Positions 37,114-47,248 are shown, counted from the first letter of the stretch. The stretch is 57,122 nt of DNA from Dehalococcoidia bacterium (GCA_030665785.1 DAOUZA010000002.1:1-57122); one strand, 5' to 3'. A program made the numbers and translations. Notes: generated from the letters alone by a model not told the origin.

Positions 37114-38244
37114 ATGGCAAAACAAATTTATACCCCATCACCAGCAAGAGTTAAAGCTATAGGCATTGGCGGGGGTGGCTGTAATGCCATTACCCGAATG
37201 GTCCGCCAAGGAATAAAAGGCGTTGAATTTATAGCCATGAATACAGATGGCCAAGCATTGGCTTTAGCTGAAGCACCGGCCAAAATCCAATTAGGGGAGA
37301 AATTGACCCGAGGTTTAGGTGTCGGTGGCGACCACAAGGTTGGGGCTAAAGCAACAGAAGAAAGCCGTCAAATTATCGAAGAGCTTGTTGAGGGTACCGA
37401 TATGGTATTTGTTACCGCTGGAATGGGTGGTGGCACAGGAACTGGAGGTATACCTATAGTAGCTGAAATAGCCAAACAATCCGGCGCTCTGACCATCGGT
37501 GTGGTAACCAAACCCTTTAGTTTTGAAGGAGCACATCGCTCCCAAGTAGCTGAAGAAGGATTGATTGCCTTATCAGGCAAGGTCGATACGCTCATCATCA
37601 TTCCCAATGATCGCCTTCTCCAACTTTGCGATGCCAAGACAAATGTTGATAGTGCTTTTACGCTTGCGGATGACGCTCTTCGGTCAGGAGTAAAGGCTAT
37701 CTCCGAAGTAGTCACTGTTCCAGGCTTAATTAACTTGGATTTTGCCGATATTAAATCAGTGATGAAAGACGCCGGCCCAGCCTGGATGTCCGTGGGAAAA
37801 GGTAGTGGACAAAATCGAGCTGCTGAAGCTGCTAAAGCTGCTTTAGCCAGTCCACTATTAGACGTATCCATAACTGGGACTAAAGGTGTGCTGTTTAACA
37901 TCACAGGCGGTTCCAGTCTCACCCTCTTCGAGTGCAACGAGGCTGCCGAGGTGATTGGTCGCGCAGTAGATCCCGGCGCCAACATAATCTTCGGAGTAGT
38001 ATTCGACCCCAAGATGGATAGTGAGGTACAGATCACCATTATCGCCACCGGGTTTACCAGCCAGTATGGTAAGGGGATAACTAACGCTGAGGAGCTTCGT
38101 CGCTTGATAACAAGCGGTAGCGAAACCCTCGATGTTCCTTCCTTCCTGCGTCGCAATCAGAGATTCCCGGTATCCTCTATAAATACCACTTCCAAAACAG
38201 CCAGAATAGCTATCCCAGAGCCAGCCAAGATTTCCCACCAGTAA
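37114..38244 (+). CDS. ftsZ: Cell division GTPase FtsZ
   Basis: Motifs GIGGGGCNA, GGGTGTG and NLDFADIKSVM. Confidence 0.95.
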   Translation: MAKQIYTPSPARVKAIGIGGGGCNAITRMVRQGIKGVEFIAMNTDGQALALAEAPAKIQLGEKLTRGLGVGGDHKVGAKATEESRQIIEELVEGTDMVFVTAGMGGGTGTGGIPIVAEIAKQSGALTIGVVTKPFSFEGAHRSQVAEEGLIALSGKVDTLIIIPNDRLLQLCDAKTNVDSAFTLADDALRSGVKAISEVVTVPGLINLDFADIKSVMKDAGPAWMSVGKGSGQNRAAEAAKAALASPLLDVSITGTKGVLFNITGGSSLTLFECNEAAEVIGRAVDPGANIIFGVVFDPKMDSEVQITIIATGFTSQYGKGITNAEELRRLITSGSETLDVPSFLRRNQRFPVSSINTTSKTARIAIPEPAKISHQ

Positions 38245-38266
38245 ACCTCCCGCCTCATTTAGAAAA

Positions 38267-38300
38267 GGGGAGCAGCGCTCGCTGCCCCCCTTTTCTATTT
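38267..38300 (+). terminator. Rho-independent terminator after ftsZ
   Basis: GGGGAGCAGC-GCTC-GCTGCCCCCC stem (one mismatch), followed by TTTTCTATTT. Confidence 0.6.
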
Positions 38301-38348
38301 CCAAACAAAAAGCTATAATTATAAATAAAACAAGGAGGTGGCATCTTC

Positions 38349-38693
38349 CTGAAAGCTGAAGGAATAGCACAATTAGCTACTGAAGTTGCATCGGAGAAGC
38401 AAGCAGCAAATATTGTCACGCTGGATGTAAGGAAGATTTGTTCATTTACGGATTATTTTGTTATTTGTAGTGGGGATTCCGACCGTCATATTGAAGCTAT
38501 ATGGCAAGGCATTAATGAAACGCTGAAAAACAAAGGGATTGTCCCTCACCACAAAGAAGGCACCCCTGACTCAGGTTGGATGCTTACTGACTTCGGCTCA
38601 GTAATTGTTCATATATTCACAGCAATAGAGCGAGACTACTATCAACTAGAAAGGCTTTGGGATAAAGCAATTCCGATAATCAGAATTCAATAG
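38349..38693 (+). CDS. rsfS: Ribosomal silencing factor RsfS (iojap family)
   Basis: Missing from the ORF track. Manual translation: LKAEGIAQLATEVASEKQAANIVTLDVRKICSFTDYFVICSGDSDRHIEAIWQGI...DFGSVIVHIFTAIERDYYQLERLW. The frame is open only from 38325 and contains no ATG, GTG or TTG. The best start is CTG at 38349, 8 nt after AAGGAGGTG. Confidence 0.75.
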   Translation: MKAEGIAQLATEVASEKQAANIVTLDVRKICSFTDYFVICSGDSDRHIEAIWQGINETLKNKGIVPHHKEGTPDSGWMLTDFGSVIVHIFTAIERDYYQLERLWDKAIPIIRIQ

Positions 38694-39112
38694 CCTGGGC
38701 TAAGAATTTCTTTGGCTGAAAAAAAGAGGGCGACCTCACTTTCAGCACTTTCCAGCGAATCGGAGCCATGTATTAAGTTGTGGCTAACATCCCCCCCAAG
38801 GTCACCTCTAATAGTGCCTCTCAGAGCTTTTGCCGGGTCAGTTTCACCCATTGTTTGCCTTATCACCTGCACCGCGTTATCTCCCTGTAAAACCATAGCA
38901 ATGACGGAACCAGAGGTAATAAAATCAACCAGCTCATTAAAAAATGGCTTATTTTTATGAACAGCATAGTGCCGCTGAGCCAATGCTTTATCCATACGAA
39001 GCATTTTCATCGCTACAATTTTGAGTCCCTTACTTTCAAGCCGAGAGATAATTTCCCCCGCTAATCCTCTTTCCATAGCATCAGGTTTAATGAGCACTAA
39101 GCTTCTTTCCAT
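38687..39112 (-). CDS. ndk: Nucleoside diphosphate kinase
   Basis: ERSLVLIKPDA start and active-site motif NLIHGSDS. Confidence 0.95.
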   Translation of the reverse strand: MERSLVLIKPDAMERGLAGEIISRLESKGLKIVAMKMLRMDKALAQRHYAVHKNKPFFNELVDFITSGSVIAMVLQGDNAVQVIRQTMGETDPAKALRGTIRGDLGGDVSHNLIHGSDSLESAESEVALFFSAKEILSPGY

Positions 39113-39307
39113 CTCGTTTAACCAGCAAATATCCGCAAATTGAGCCCCACAATTGCTTATTCTACCGAAGGAGAGTTACGATCTAAAATCCCTTCCTTTA
39201 AATTACAGGATATAACCAAGGTTGATTTGGTTTTAGTTGTTCTAGAGCCAGGCGGAAGTTACGCACTCATAACCAAATAGTGCTGACGACACCATAAACA
39301 AACAACC

Positions 39308-40876
39308 TCAGTCATTCCACTTCCATATAATGTGCCCGTCGTCTAAATGGTAAGTCAAATAGTTATTGTCTATCAGCCTCTCAATCTCTGTTTTAACAAA
39401 CTCAAGGGGAAAGGAAAGGATATTCCATACTCGCTTTTGCAATTCAGCAACGTATCTCGTCTTTTCTAAAGGATTACCGTCCATCCTTATTTTTCCCTGT
39501 TCCTCAATCACTTCTTGATGCAATAATTGCCACACGAAGTTTTGCGATTCTTCACCCTGCCATTTTCTAATTTCCCTGTCACAAAGCTTATCCAGCAACG
39601 CATCCTTGATACGCTGGTCGTAATACATCTGAGTAATTCCATTAACTACCTTGTTTAATGTCTCCGCTTTTATCCCTTCAGTTTCGCACACAGCCTGATT
39701 GCAATCATAGCGTTCCCAATCATTAGTTAATATTCTAAGCCCAAGTTCTGCAGCCTTCTCCCTGACCTCTGTCCCAAAGAAGGGGGATAAGATATGGAAC
39801 CCCCAACCACCTTCACCAAGGCTTTCGGCAAATTCTACACTCTGTCTTAAAGTGTCTTCAGTTTCACCAGGAAGTCCAGCAATAAAAGAGGCAATGAACT
39901 CATACCCCGAATTCTGACATAGCGTAACAGCTTTCCTTATCTTCGCTGGGGTGATTTTCTTATGAGCTAAATCCAAAATCCTCTGATTACCACTCTCCAC
40001 CCCAAAACACAGACTAAAGCATCCAGCTTCCTTCATCTTCTCCAGCAAAGGTTTATCTACTGAGTCCACCCGAGCATAGGCTCCCCACAGGATATCTAGC
40101 TTCCGAGCAATGATTTCATCACAGATACTAATGCAATGTTTATGATTAACGGTGAAAAAGTCATCTTCAAAAGCAAGCAATCCAAACCCCAACTTTGTAA
40201 TGTGCTCTATTTCATCTACCACCAATTTCGGGGTACGGTATCTTATTTTTTTACCAACCATCCGGTGCCCCACACAAAAAGAGCAGTCGAAAGGGCAACC
40301 TCTGCTTGTCGATAAACCACATGCCGCCTGCAACGCTTGATATCTAGATACTGGAAGCAAATGCCTCGCCGGAAATGGAAGCTCATCCAGATTCTGGATG
40401 AATGGACGCTCAGGAGTCAGCACTATTTCCGAATCTTTTCTAAAAGCTATCCCCTTAACCTGGCCTAAATCTCCATCCTTTGCAATGGTTTCCACCAGCT
40501 CCACCACTGTTTCATCACCCTCCCTTACCACCACAATATCTATAGATGGCGATTCAAGCAGGGTCTCCTCCACGCCAAAGGTTACATGGGGGCCTCCCAC
40601 AACGATGATAAGGTTCGGAGCTATCTCCTTACAGGTCTTGGCAATCCGACGAGCCGCAGGATAACTCATGGTAACCGATGTTATTCCCACGATATCAGGC
40701 TTAAACTCTTTTAACTTTTTCTCAATGTTTTTGGGGGAATTTTTGGTGACCAGAAAATCTAAAACCTGTACTTCTACCCCTTCTCGCTCCAACACTGCTG
40801 CTACAGAAGGTATACTCAAAGCAACGTGAATGCCCTCGGCTCCGGGATAGGGAGGATTTATCAATAAAACACGCAT
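39308..40876 (-). CDS. B12-binding-domain radical SAM enzyme with a ~120-aa C-terminal extension, function unknown
   Basis: MRVLLINPPYP start (ATG at 40876), cobalamin-binding-like N-domain and CPFDCSFC (CxxxCxxC). The track's 622-aa version adds a low-complexity N-terminus that overlaps the divergent gene. Confidence 0.8.
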   Translation of the reverse strand: MRVLLINPPYPGAEGIHVALSIPSVAAVLEREGVEVQVLDFLVTKNSPKNIEKKLKEFKPDIVGITSVTMSYPAARRIAKTCKEIAPNLIIVVGGPHVTFGVEETLLESPSIDIVVVREGDETVVELVETIAKDGDLGQVKGIAFRKDSEIVLTPERPFIQNLDELPFPARHLLPVSRYQALQAACGLSTSRGCPFDCSFCVGHRMVGKKIRYRTPKLVVDEIEHITKLGFGLLAFEDDFFTVNHKHCISICDEIIARKLDILWGAYARVDSVDKPLLEKMKEAGCFSLCFGVESGNQRILDLAHKKITPAKIRKAVTLCQNSGYEFIASFIAGLPGETEDTLRQSVEFAESLGEGGWGFHILSPFFGTEVREKAAELGLRILTNDWERYDCNQAVCETEGIKAETLNKVVNGITQMYYDQRIKDALLDKLCDREIRKWQGEESQNFVWQLLHQEVIEEQGKIRMDGNPLEKTRYVAELQKRVWNILSFPLEFVKTEIERLIDNNYLTYHLDDGHIIWKWND

Positions 40877-40979
40877 TATCGCCCTAAATCTTATAACGAC
40901 CCTACATAAAACGGCTAATTTTACGCCCTTACCCAGGCTAAAGTCAATAGCTTTATGCCACAAGGAAACAAAGATATCT

Positions 40980-41008
40980 TTGACGAGGTTCTCCTCTCTG
41001 TTTATACT
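40980..41008 (+). promoter_or_regulatory. Candidate promoter directly abutting the next CDS
   Basis: TTGACG, 17 nt, TATACT. The ATG follows 13 nt later with no SD. Confidence 0.4.
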
Positions 41009-41021
41009 ACACTCAAGTATT

Positions 41022-41849
41022 ATGGAATTGCGTTTTGGCCCTGCTGGGGTTCCCCGAAGTGCCAAGGACCGCTCCAGTGAGGGTGGTATTCGGCGTGTTG
41101 CCGAGCTGGGGCTTGGTTGTATGGAGCTGGAGTTTGTGAGAGGAGTAAAAATGGGAGAGTCTGTCGCTCGTAGCATAAGAAAGTCAGCCAGGGAGAAAGG
41201 AATAGCACTTAGCGCCCACGGACCTTACTTCATAAACCTGAATGCCAGGGAAGCCGAAAAAATAACCGCTAGCCAGGAAAGATTACTACACGCTGTTCGA
41301 ATTGCCTCTTTATGTGGAGCAAGAACTGTGGTTTTTCACGCTGCCTTCTATATGAATGACCCGCCAGATAAAGTGTATTCCGTGGTAAAGAAAAACCTGC
41401 AAGAAGTGCTGAACAAGCTAAAACTTGAACAAAACAAAGTTTGGGTTAGACCTGAAGTTACCGGGAAAAACACTCAATTCGGCACTTTACAGGAGATATT
41501 ACGGCTAAGTAGCGAGACCGAAGGGGTTGCCCCATGTATTGATTTTGCTCACTGGCATGCTCGCACCAGAAAGTTCAATTCATATGCTGAATTTGCTACT
41601 ATCCTGGAACAAATAGAGAATAAATTAGGAAGGGTAGCTCTGGATAATATGCATATACATGTTTCAGGAATAGCCTACGGAGAGAAAGGCGAAATCAAAC
41701 ATCTGAATTTGAAGGAATCGGACTTTGATTATATTAGCTTAGCTAAAGCGTTGAAAGATTTTAATGTTAAGGGATTGGTTATCAGCGAAAGCCCTAATCT
41801 GGAGGAAGATGCCCTATTGCTCCAAGAAACCTATAACTCTTTTGGTTAA
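41022..41849 (+). CDS. Xylose isomerase-like TIM-barrel protein (AP endonuclease family 2 / endonuclease IV-like)
   Basis: MELRFGPAGVP...LGCMELEF...LSAHGPYFINL...VVFHAAFY pattern. I prefer ATG at 41022 to the track start at 40980. Confidence 0.6.
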   Translation: MELRFGPAGVPRSAKDRSSEGGIRRVAELGLGCMELEFVRGVKMGESVARSIRKSAREKGIALSAHGPYFINLNAREAEKITASQERLLHAVRIASLCGARTVVFHAAFYMNDPPDKVYSVVKKNLQEVLNKLKLEQNKVWVRPEVTGKNTQFGTLQEILRLSSETEGVAPCIDFAHWHARTRKFNSYAEFATILEQIENKLGRVALDNMHIHVSGIAYGEKGEIKHLNLKESDFDYISLAKALKDFNVKGLVISESPNLEEDALLLQETYNSFG

Positions 41850-41927
41850 CTCAACTTCGTGCTCACAATGATATACAAGGGCTAATTTTTACATTTATGT
41901 CATAGTTGATATAATAAACATAAGATT

Positions 41928-43748
41928 ATGAAAACTAAGTGGTGGCAAAGCGGTTTCTTTTACATACTGCTTTTAGTGGTAGTAATTAGCCTTATGTTTG
42001 TCGTTGTGCCGAGGGTGCAACAAGGTCCTGAAGAGGTAGAGCTACCGGTGTTCATAAGCTACGCCAAGGAAGGGCAAATTGATATCATCAAGCAGGACGG
42101 GGATACCCTCATCGGTATTAAAGATGACAAGCAAGTATACACGACCGCCTTCCAGGGCAGTACCCTTGAGCTATCTAACTACCTTAAAGAAGCCGGAGTA
42201 GAGGTTCCCATCGATGTTAAGCCCAGCAGCATTAACTGGGGAATGATAGCATTACAGGTAATATTACCTATTACATTGCTTGGTGTATTGTTCTATTTCT
42301 TTTTCCGTTCAGCTCGTGGAGCGAGCATGCAGGCATTTAACTTCAGCAAGAGCCGTGCTCGATTAAATTCCCCCGCTAACCCCAGGGTGACCTTCGCTGA
42401 TGTCGCTGGAATTGAGGAGGCAAAAGAGGAGGTTCAGGAAGTAGTGGACTTTCTCATGGCGCCTGAGAAATTCCGTGCCCTAGGTGCTCGCATACCTAGA
42501 GGCGTTCTCCTGGTAGGTCCACCAGGAACCGGTAAGACCTTGTTAGCCAAAGCCATAGCCGGGGAAGCAAAAGCGCCTTTCTATTCCATCAGCGGCAGCG
42601 AGTTTGTGGAAATGTTTGTCGGCGTTGGTGCCTCTAGAGTTAGAGACCTGTTTGAACAAGCGAAACGCACTACACCAAGCCTTATCTTTATAGACGAGAT
42701 TGACGCCGTCGGTCGACATCGTGGCGCTGGATTAGGCGGCGGTCACGATGAAAGAGAGCAAACATTGAACCAAATCCTTGCCGAAATGGATGGTTTTGAT
42801 ACTAATACCAACGTTATCGTCACGGCGGCCACCAACCGTCCTGACATACTCGACCCCGCTTTGTTACGCCCGGGACGTTTTGACCGTCACATTGTTATTG
42901 ATACCCCGGATATCAAAGGACGTAAAGCTATCTTGGAAGTGCATGCCAAAGGCAAGTCATTAACACCAGGAGTTGACTTAGAAATAATAGCCAAGCAAAC
43001 GCCTGGCTTCAGCGGAGCTGACCTAGCTAATCTGCTTAATGAAGCAGCTCTCCTGGCAGCCAGACGCAGCCGCAAAGATATCAGCTTGAAGGAGCTTGAA
43101 GATGCTGCTGACAGAGTCATCGCTGGTCCGGAAAGAAAAACCCGCGTAATTACCCAAAATGAAAAGAAAACCATTGCGTATCACGAAAGCGGACACGCTC
43201 TGGTAGCCAGAATGTTGCCCAATGCCGACCCGGTGCACAAAGTCTCTATCATCGCTCGAGGGATGATGGGAGGCTGGACACGCTTCCTGCCCACTGAGGA
43301 ACACCATCTCTGGACTAAGCCCCAACTCGAAGACAGGTTAGCAGTTAGCTTAGGTGGACGAACTGCTGAAGAAATCGCCCTCGGCGAGATAAGCACAGGA
43401 GCACAAAATGACCTGGAACAAGCAACTAAATTGGCTCGGAAAATGGTTACCGAGTACGGGATGAGCGATAAGCTAGGACCACGAACCTTAGGACAAAAGC
43501 CCGAGCTTGTTTTCCTGGGTCGCGAGATTACCGAGCAAAGAGACTATGGCGATAAGATAGCTGATGAGATAGATGAAGAGGTACACAATCTCATTCAACG
43601 CGCTTACTCCACTGCTAAGAAAATCCTGACCACCCATAAAGCAAAACTAAAGGAAATAGCGACCCTTCTTATCGAACAAGAAACCTTGGAAGAACCCGAC
43701 CTTGATAAGCTATTTGAAGGGCTGACGCCGAAACTGGCTGCCAGCTAG
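41928..43748 (+). CDS. ftsH: ATP-dependent zinc metalloprotease FtsH
   Basis: Two N-terminal TM helices, GPPGTGKT, the SRH region and HESGHAL. Confidence 0.95.
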   Translation: MKTKWWQSGFFYILLLVVVISLMFVVVPRVQQGPEEVELPVFISYAKEGQIDIIKQDGDTLIGIKDDKQVYTTAFQGSTLELSNYLKEAGVEVPIDVKPSSINWGMIALQVILPITLLGVLFYFFFRSARGASMQAFNFSKSRARLNSPANPRVTFADVAGIEEAKEEVQEVVDFLMAPEKFRALGARIPRGVLLVGPPGTGKTLLAKAIAGEAKAPFYSISGSEFVEMFVGVGASRVRDLFEQAKRTTPSLIFIDEIDAVGRHRGAGLGGGHDEREQTLNQILAEMDGFDTNTNVIVTAATNRPDILDPALLRPGRFDRHIVIDTPDIKGRKAILEVHAKGKSLTPGVDLEIIAKQTPGFSGADLANLLNEAALLAARRSRKDISLKELEDAADRVIAGPERKTRVITQNEKKTIAYHESGHALVARMLPNADPVHKVSIIARGMMGGWTRFLPTEEHHLWTKPQLEDRLAVSLGGRTAEEIALGEISTGAQNDLEQATKLARKMVTEYGMSDKLGPRTLGQKPELVFLGREITEQRDYGDKIADEIDEEVHNLIQRAYSTAKKILTTHKAKLKEIATLLIEQETLEEPDLDKLFEGLTPKLAAS

Positions 43749-43754
43749 TTTTCT

Positions 43755-44717
43755 TCATCCTTTCCTTCGCACAACGTAATGAGCCAACTCAACCAAGTGT
43801 GAGCGAGGAAACTTATCAGGCAAAATTTCCAATGCTTGGCAAGCTTGAACGGAAAAATTGTGAGCGATATCAAGACAGTCTTGAATAACCGTTGCTTGGC
43901 AAATCTTGCCTCTAGCCAATTCTATATCTTCAGCAATTTTACTTCTTAAAGTTTTCTTTACCGTATCATCATCAGGATAGCGCTCCAGAAAGATTATGGT
44001 TGGTAAAGTCAGTACTCCTTGACTTAAGTCAGAGCCCGGGGGCTTACCCAGCTTCACCTCATCACCCATAAAGTCCAAAACATCATCCACAACCTGAAAA
44101 GCCATGCCCAAATTATAGCCATAATCACCCAAAGCTTGAATTGCTCCCCGGGGAGAATTAGCTAAAATCGCTCCTGCCTCCGCTGCCGCTGAAAAAAGAG
44201 AAGCCGTCTTAGCTGCGATCCAACGATAATAATCATCCCTGCTCTGTTTCTCATCAAAGGAAAGCCCCTTTTGTCTTAACTCACCTGAAGAAATGACCAT
44301 AGCAGTATTACTGAAAAGCTTCATAACCTTGATATTTTCCGTTCTTGCCGTTAATTCGGCACATTTACCTAACAGATAATCTCCCACCAATACTGCACTT
44401 GTATCACCCCATAATTTGTTCAGTGTTACTTCACCACGCCGCTGTGGCGAATTATCCACAACATCATCGTGAACCAACGTAGCGGTGTGTAGCAGCTCTA
44501 TTGCCGTGGCTACAGGAAGTAAAAGTCCCAAATCGTAGTTATAAAACTTCCCGCTAAATAGAGTAAGGGCAGGACGAATCCTCTTACCACTGGTTTTGAC
44601 TATGTAGTCCAGTAGTTCCTTTAAAATGGGCATATTAACATCGGCAACTGCGACTAAACTCTCCTCCACCTTCTGCAGATCTTCCCGAATAGGTTCATAA
44701 ATGATATCAAGCTCCAT
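43755..44717 (-). CDS. Polyprenyl diphosphate synthase (trans-IPPS, medium/long chain)
   Basis: Motifs LVHDDVVDNS and FQVVDDVLD. Confidence 0.85.
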   Translation of the reverse strand: MELDIIYEPIREDLQKVEESLVAVADVNMPILKELLDYIVKTSGKRIRPALTLFSGKFYNYDLGLLLPVATAIELLHTATLVHDDVVDNSPQRRGEVTLNKLWGDTSAVLVGDYLLGKCAELTARTENIKVMKLFSNTAMVISSGELRQKGLSFDEKQSRDDYYRWIAAKTASLFSAAAEAGAILANSPRGAIQALGDYGYNLGMAFQVVDDVLDFMGDEVKLGKPPGSDLSQGVLTLPTIIFLERYPDDDTVKKTLRSKIAEDIELARGKICQATVIQDCLDIAHNFSVQACQALEILPDKFPRSHLVELAHYVVRRKG

Positions 44718-44722
44718 TTATC

Positions 44723-46396
44723 TCACCAGTTACATATTGAGCCAAGTCGACTACTTTCCTGGTCAGCAACATCCTCATCCAGCTTGCTAAATAGTGGCTG
44801 TGGTTGGCACAGTTTTTGTCCCTCCGCTGGCAACTGAAATCTCCAACCGGTATCAATGAGGCTTCCTTCAAAACCAAGAAGAGTGTGAAGCTTTTCAGAA
44901 CTGAAGGGGAGAAAGGGATAAAGAGCAGTTTTCAACGCTGATAGACTCGATATTGCAGTATAAATGGACCTGGCTGAAGCCTGACGGTTCTCCTTAATCG
45001 TTTTCCATGGAGCTTGGTAGTCGAGATAACGATTTGTCTCCTGAGCCAAAGACATAGTTTCTCTAATCGCTTCCTTGAATCTACAGCGGTAAAGCAACTT
45101 ATCTACCTCATCAAGCATTGTCTCCATTTTATGAAACAATGCCTCGCTCTGTGAATCAAGTTCACCTGGCGAGGGCACTGCTCCGTTAAAATTACGATAA
45201 GCGAAGCTGAGAACACGATGAACCAGATTACCATAGGTAGCTACCAGTTCATTATTATTTCGACGGACGAACTCACGCCAGGAAAAATCACTATCCCCGG
45301 TATCCGGCATGTTCACTGATAAAATATACCTCAATGGATCAGGCTCATACCGCTCCAGATAATCAGGAAGCCAAACCGCCCAGTTACGGCTGGTAGAAAG
45401 CCGCCTACCTTCTATAGTCAAAAATTCATTAGCAGGAACATCGTAAGGTAGATTTAACCCACCATAGCCCATCAGCATCGCTGGCCACACGATGGTATGG
45501 AAAAAAATGTTATCCTTACCTACAAAATAAAAGCTTTTTGTATCTCCTTCCCAGAAACACTTCCATGCTTGCTCATCATTATGCAAATTCGCCCATTCTT
45601 TACTTGCCGACAAATAGCCACTAACTGCCTCAAACCACACGTAAATTCGTTTTTTCTCAAATCCTGCTTGTGGCACGCTCACCCCCCAATCAATATCACG
45701 AGTTATTGCTCTATCCTTTAACCCTTCATTTAAAAATTTCCATGTAGTGCCAGCTACGTTTTTCCGCCAGTGAGACTGAGTTACTACCCATTCCTTCAAC
45801 CTTTCTTGAAAGGCGCTGAGGCGTAAGAAGAAATGCTCAGAAGATTCGAACCGCGGTGAACCGCCACAAAGAACACAACGCAAATCCTTGAGCTCCGCTG
45901 GATTTAACGGCCGGCCACACTGGTCACACTCATCCCCCCTTGCCTGAGAAAAACCACAATAAGGACACACCCCTTCAAGATAACGGTCGGGAAGAAAACG
46001 TTGACACTCAGGGCAATAAGCCTGGAGTGCTTTATCCTTATAAAGATAACCCTTATCGAGCAGGGTCAGAAAAATATCATGCACAACTTGAGCGTGATTT
46101 TGAGTGCCTGTGGTAGTAAACAAATCAAAAGAAATGCCTAACTTTTGCCAGCAATCCAGGAATTGTTGGTGATATTTGGACGCTATCTCTTGTGGAGACC
46201 GGGATTCCTGGCCAGCACGAATTAAAATTGGCGCTCCATGCTGGTCACTACCTGAGACCATCAACACATCATTGCCTTTAAGGCGGTGATAACGGGCAAA
46301 GATATCCGCAGGCAAGTAAGCCCCAGCAATGTGCCCAAGATGCAAAGGCCCATTAGCATAAGGCCAGGCTACACCGATGAAAATACGCTCTTTCAA
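44723..46396 (-). CDS. metG: Methionine--tRNA ligase
   Basis: HIGH-type PLHLGHIAG, zinc knuckles (CPEC...CPYC, CDQC...CVLC) and a KMSKS-position RLSTS. Confidence 0.93.
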   Translation of the reverse strand: MKERIFIGVAWPYANGPLHLGHIAGAYLPADIFARYHRLKGNDVLMVSGSDQHGAPILIRAGQESRSPQEIASKYHQQFLDCWQKLGISFDLFTTTGTQNHAQVVHDIFLTLLDKGYLYKDKALQAYCPECQRFLPDRYLEGVCPYCGFSQARGDECDQCGRPLNPAELKDLRCVLCGGSPRFESSEHFFLRLSAFQERLKEWVVTQSHWRKNVAGTTWKFLNEGLKDRAITRDIDWGVSVPQAGFEKKRIYVWFEAVSGYLSASKEWANLHNDEQAWKCFWEGDTKSFYFVGKDNIFFHTIVWPAMLMGYGGLNLPYDVPANEFLTIEGRRLSTSRNWAVWLPDYLERYEPDPLRYILSVNMPDTGDSDFSWREFVRRNNNELVATYGNLVHRVLSFAYRNFNGAVPSPGELDSQSEALFHKMETMLDEVDKLLYRCRFKEAIRETMSLAQETNRYLDYQAPWKTIKENRQASARSIYTAISSLSALKTALYPFLPFSSEKLHTLLGFEGSLIDTGWRFQLPAEGQKLCQPQPLFSKLDEDVADQESSRLGSICNW

Positions 46397-46585
46397 AATT
46401 TCCCCAAAGGAAATACTCTATCATACCTTCCATCGCTAGAAAAGTAACACCCGAAGTCAAGTGGGCAGCATTTCCCCATTTAACATTGTCAATGAGCTAA
46501 ATACTTTACTAGCACATAGCATATAAGCTAAACTTATTTAATAAACGTTGAAAAGATTAACCAAAAACTTTCTTGATTCATAACT

Positions 46586-47248
46586 ATGTGGCAGAACGTA
46601 GTACAAATACTCGGCGCTATAACAGCACCCACCTTATTATGGCTGGCTGTTATATTCTTGCTTGCCATGCTCACCGAAATGGGTGTGCCGACATTCCCCA
46701 TTATTGAGGGGTTAATAGTTTTCGCCGGATTCCAAATCGTCCACGGCGTTTATAGTGTAGCACCGCTCTTGGTCGTAGCACCCGCAGGACGCTTATGTGG
46801 CTCCACATCAACCTATTGGCTTTCACACTCTTTCGGAGACAAGCTTGTGAATAAATTTGGCAAGCGTATCCGAATCACGAGGGAGCGCCTGGAAAAGACG
46901 AAGCAAAAAATGTCAAGGGCTGCCCTGCCTGGCATTATTATCGCTAGACTTACACCGGGGCTTGGCATTCTTGCTTCAATTACTTACGGTACAACACGCA
47001 TTCGTTTCCGATACTTCTTCAGAGGTGTGCTCATTCAACTGCTAATCTGGGAGGGGATTTACCTCGCCCTAGGAGCTTTTGGTGGGGGCTTATCAAGTCT
47101 CCTTGCTCCAGAACTTCGCCCCCTCTTCATCACTGCCCTAGTAATAGCAGTAGTTACCATAGGAACAGCAGTGTGGTATTTCTTTTTTCGCCAAACTGAG
47201 AAAGAGTCACAGGAGGAAGTACCTACTGCTAAGGAAGCCAAGAATTAG
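46586..47248 (+). CDS. DedA-family (VTT-domain) membrane protein
   Basis: Motifs MGVPTFPIIEGLIVFAGF and IIARLTPGLGILASITYG. Confidence 0.6.
   Translation: MWQNVVQILGAITAPTLLWLAVIFLLAMLTEMGVPTFPIIEGLIVFAGFQIVHGVYSVAPLLVVAPAGRLCGSTSTYWLSHSFGDKLVNKFGKRIRITRERLEKTKQKMSRAALPGIIIARLTPGLGILASITYGTTRIRFRYFFRGVLIQLLIWEGIYLALGAFGGGLSSLLAPELRPLFITALVIAVVTIGTAVWYFFFRQTEKESQEEVPTAKEAKN

Noticed and set aside
37368-38370. Long minus-strand ORFs (262 aa and 170 aa) antisense to ftsZ
   Set aside because: They lie entirely inside a very well-supported ftsZ frame. Their composition is low-complexity and Ser/Pro/Ala-rich, with no motifs and no SD. These are typical antisense shadow ORFs. The same reasoning applies to the other short track ORFs nested in polA, clpC, priA, the Pat-like gene and others.
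39242-39295. 17-aa ORF (MVSSALFGYECVTSAWL) just downstream of the radical SAM gene, considered as a RiPP precursor
   Set aside because: It has no SD, lies downstream rather than upstream, has no leader/core features, and no other maturation or transport genes are nearby.
40877-41176. 100-aa N-terminal extension of the radical SAM ORF, overlapping the divergent TIM-barrel gene (apparent 197-bp gene overlap)
   Set aside because: The extension is Ser/Pro-rich junk. The canonical MRVLLINPPYP start lies at 40876 and the plus-strand gene has a canonical MELRFGPAG start at 41022. The overlap is an artefact of longest-ORF calling.
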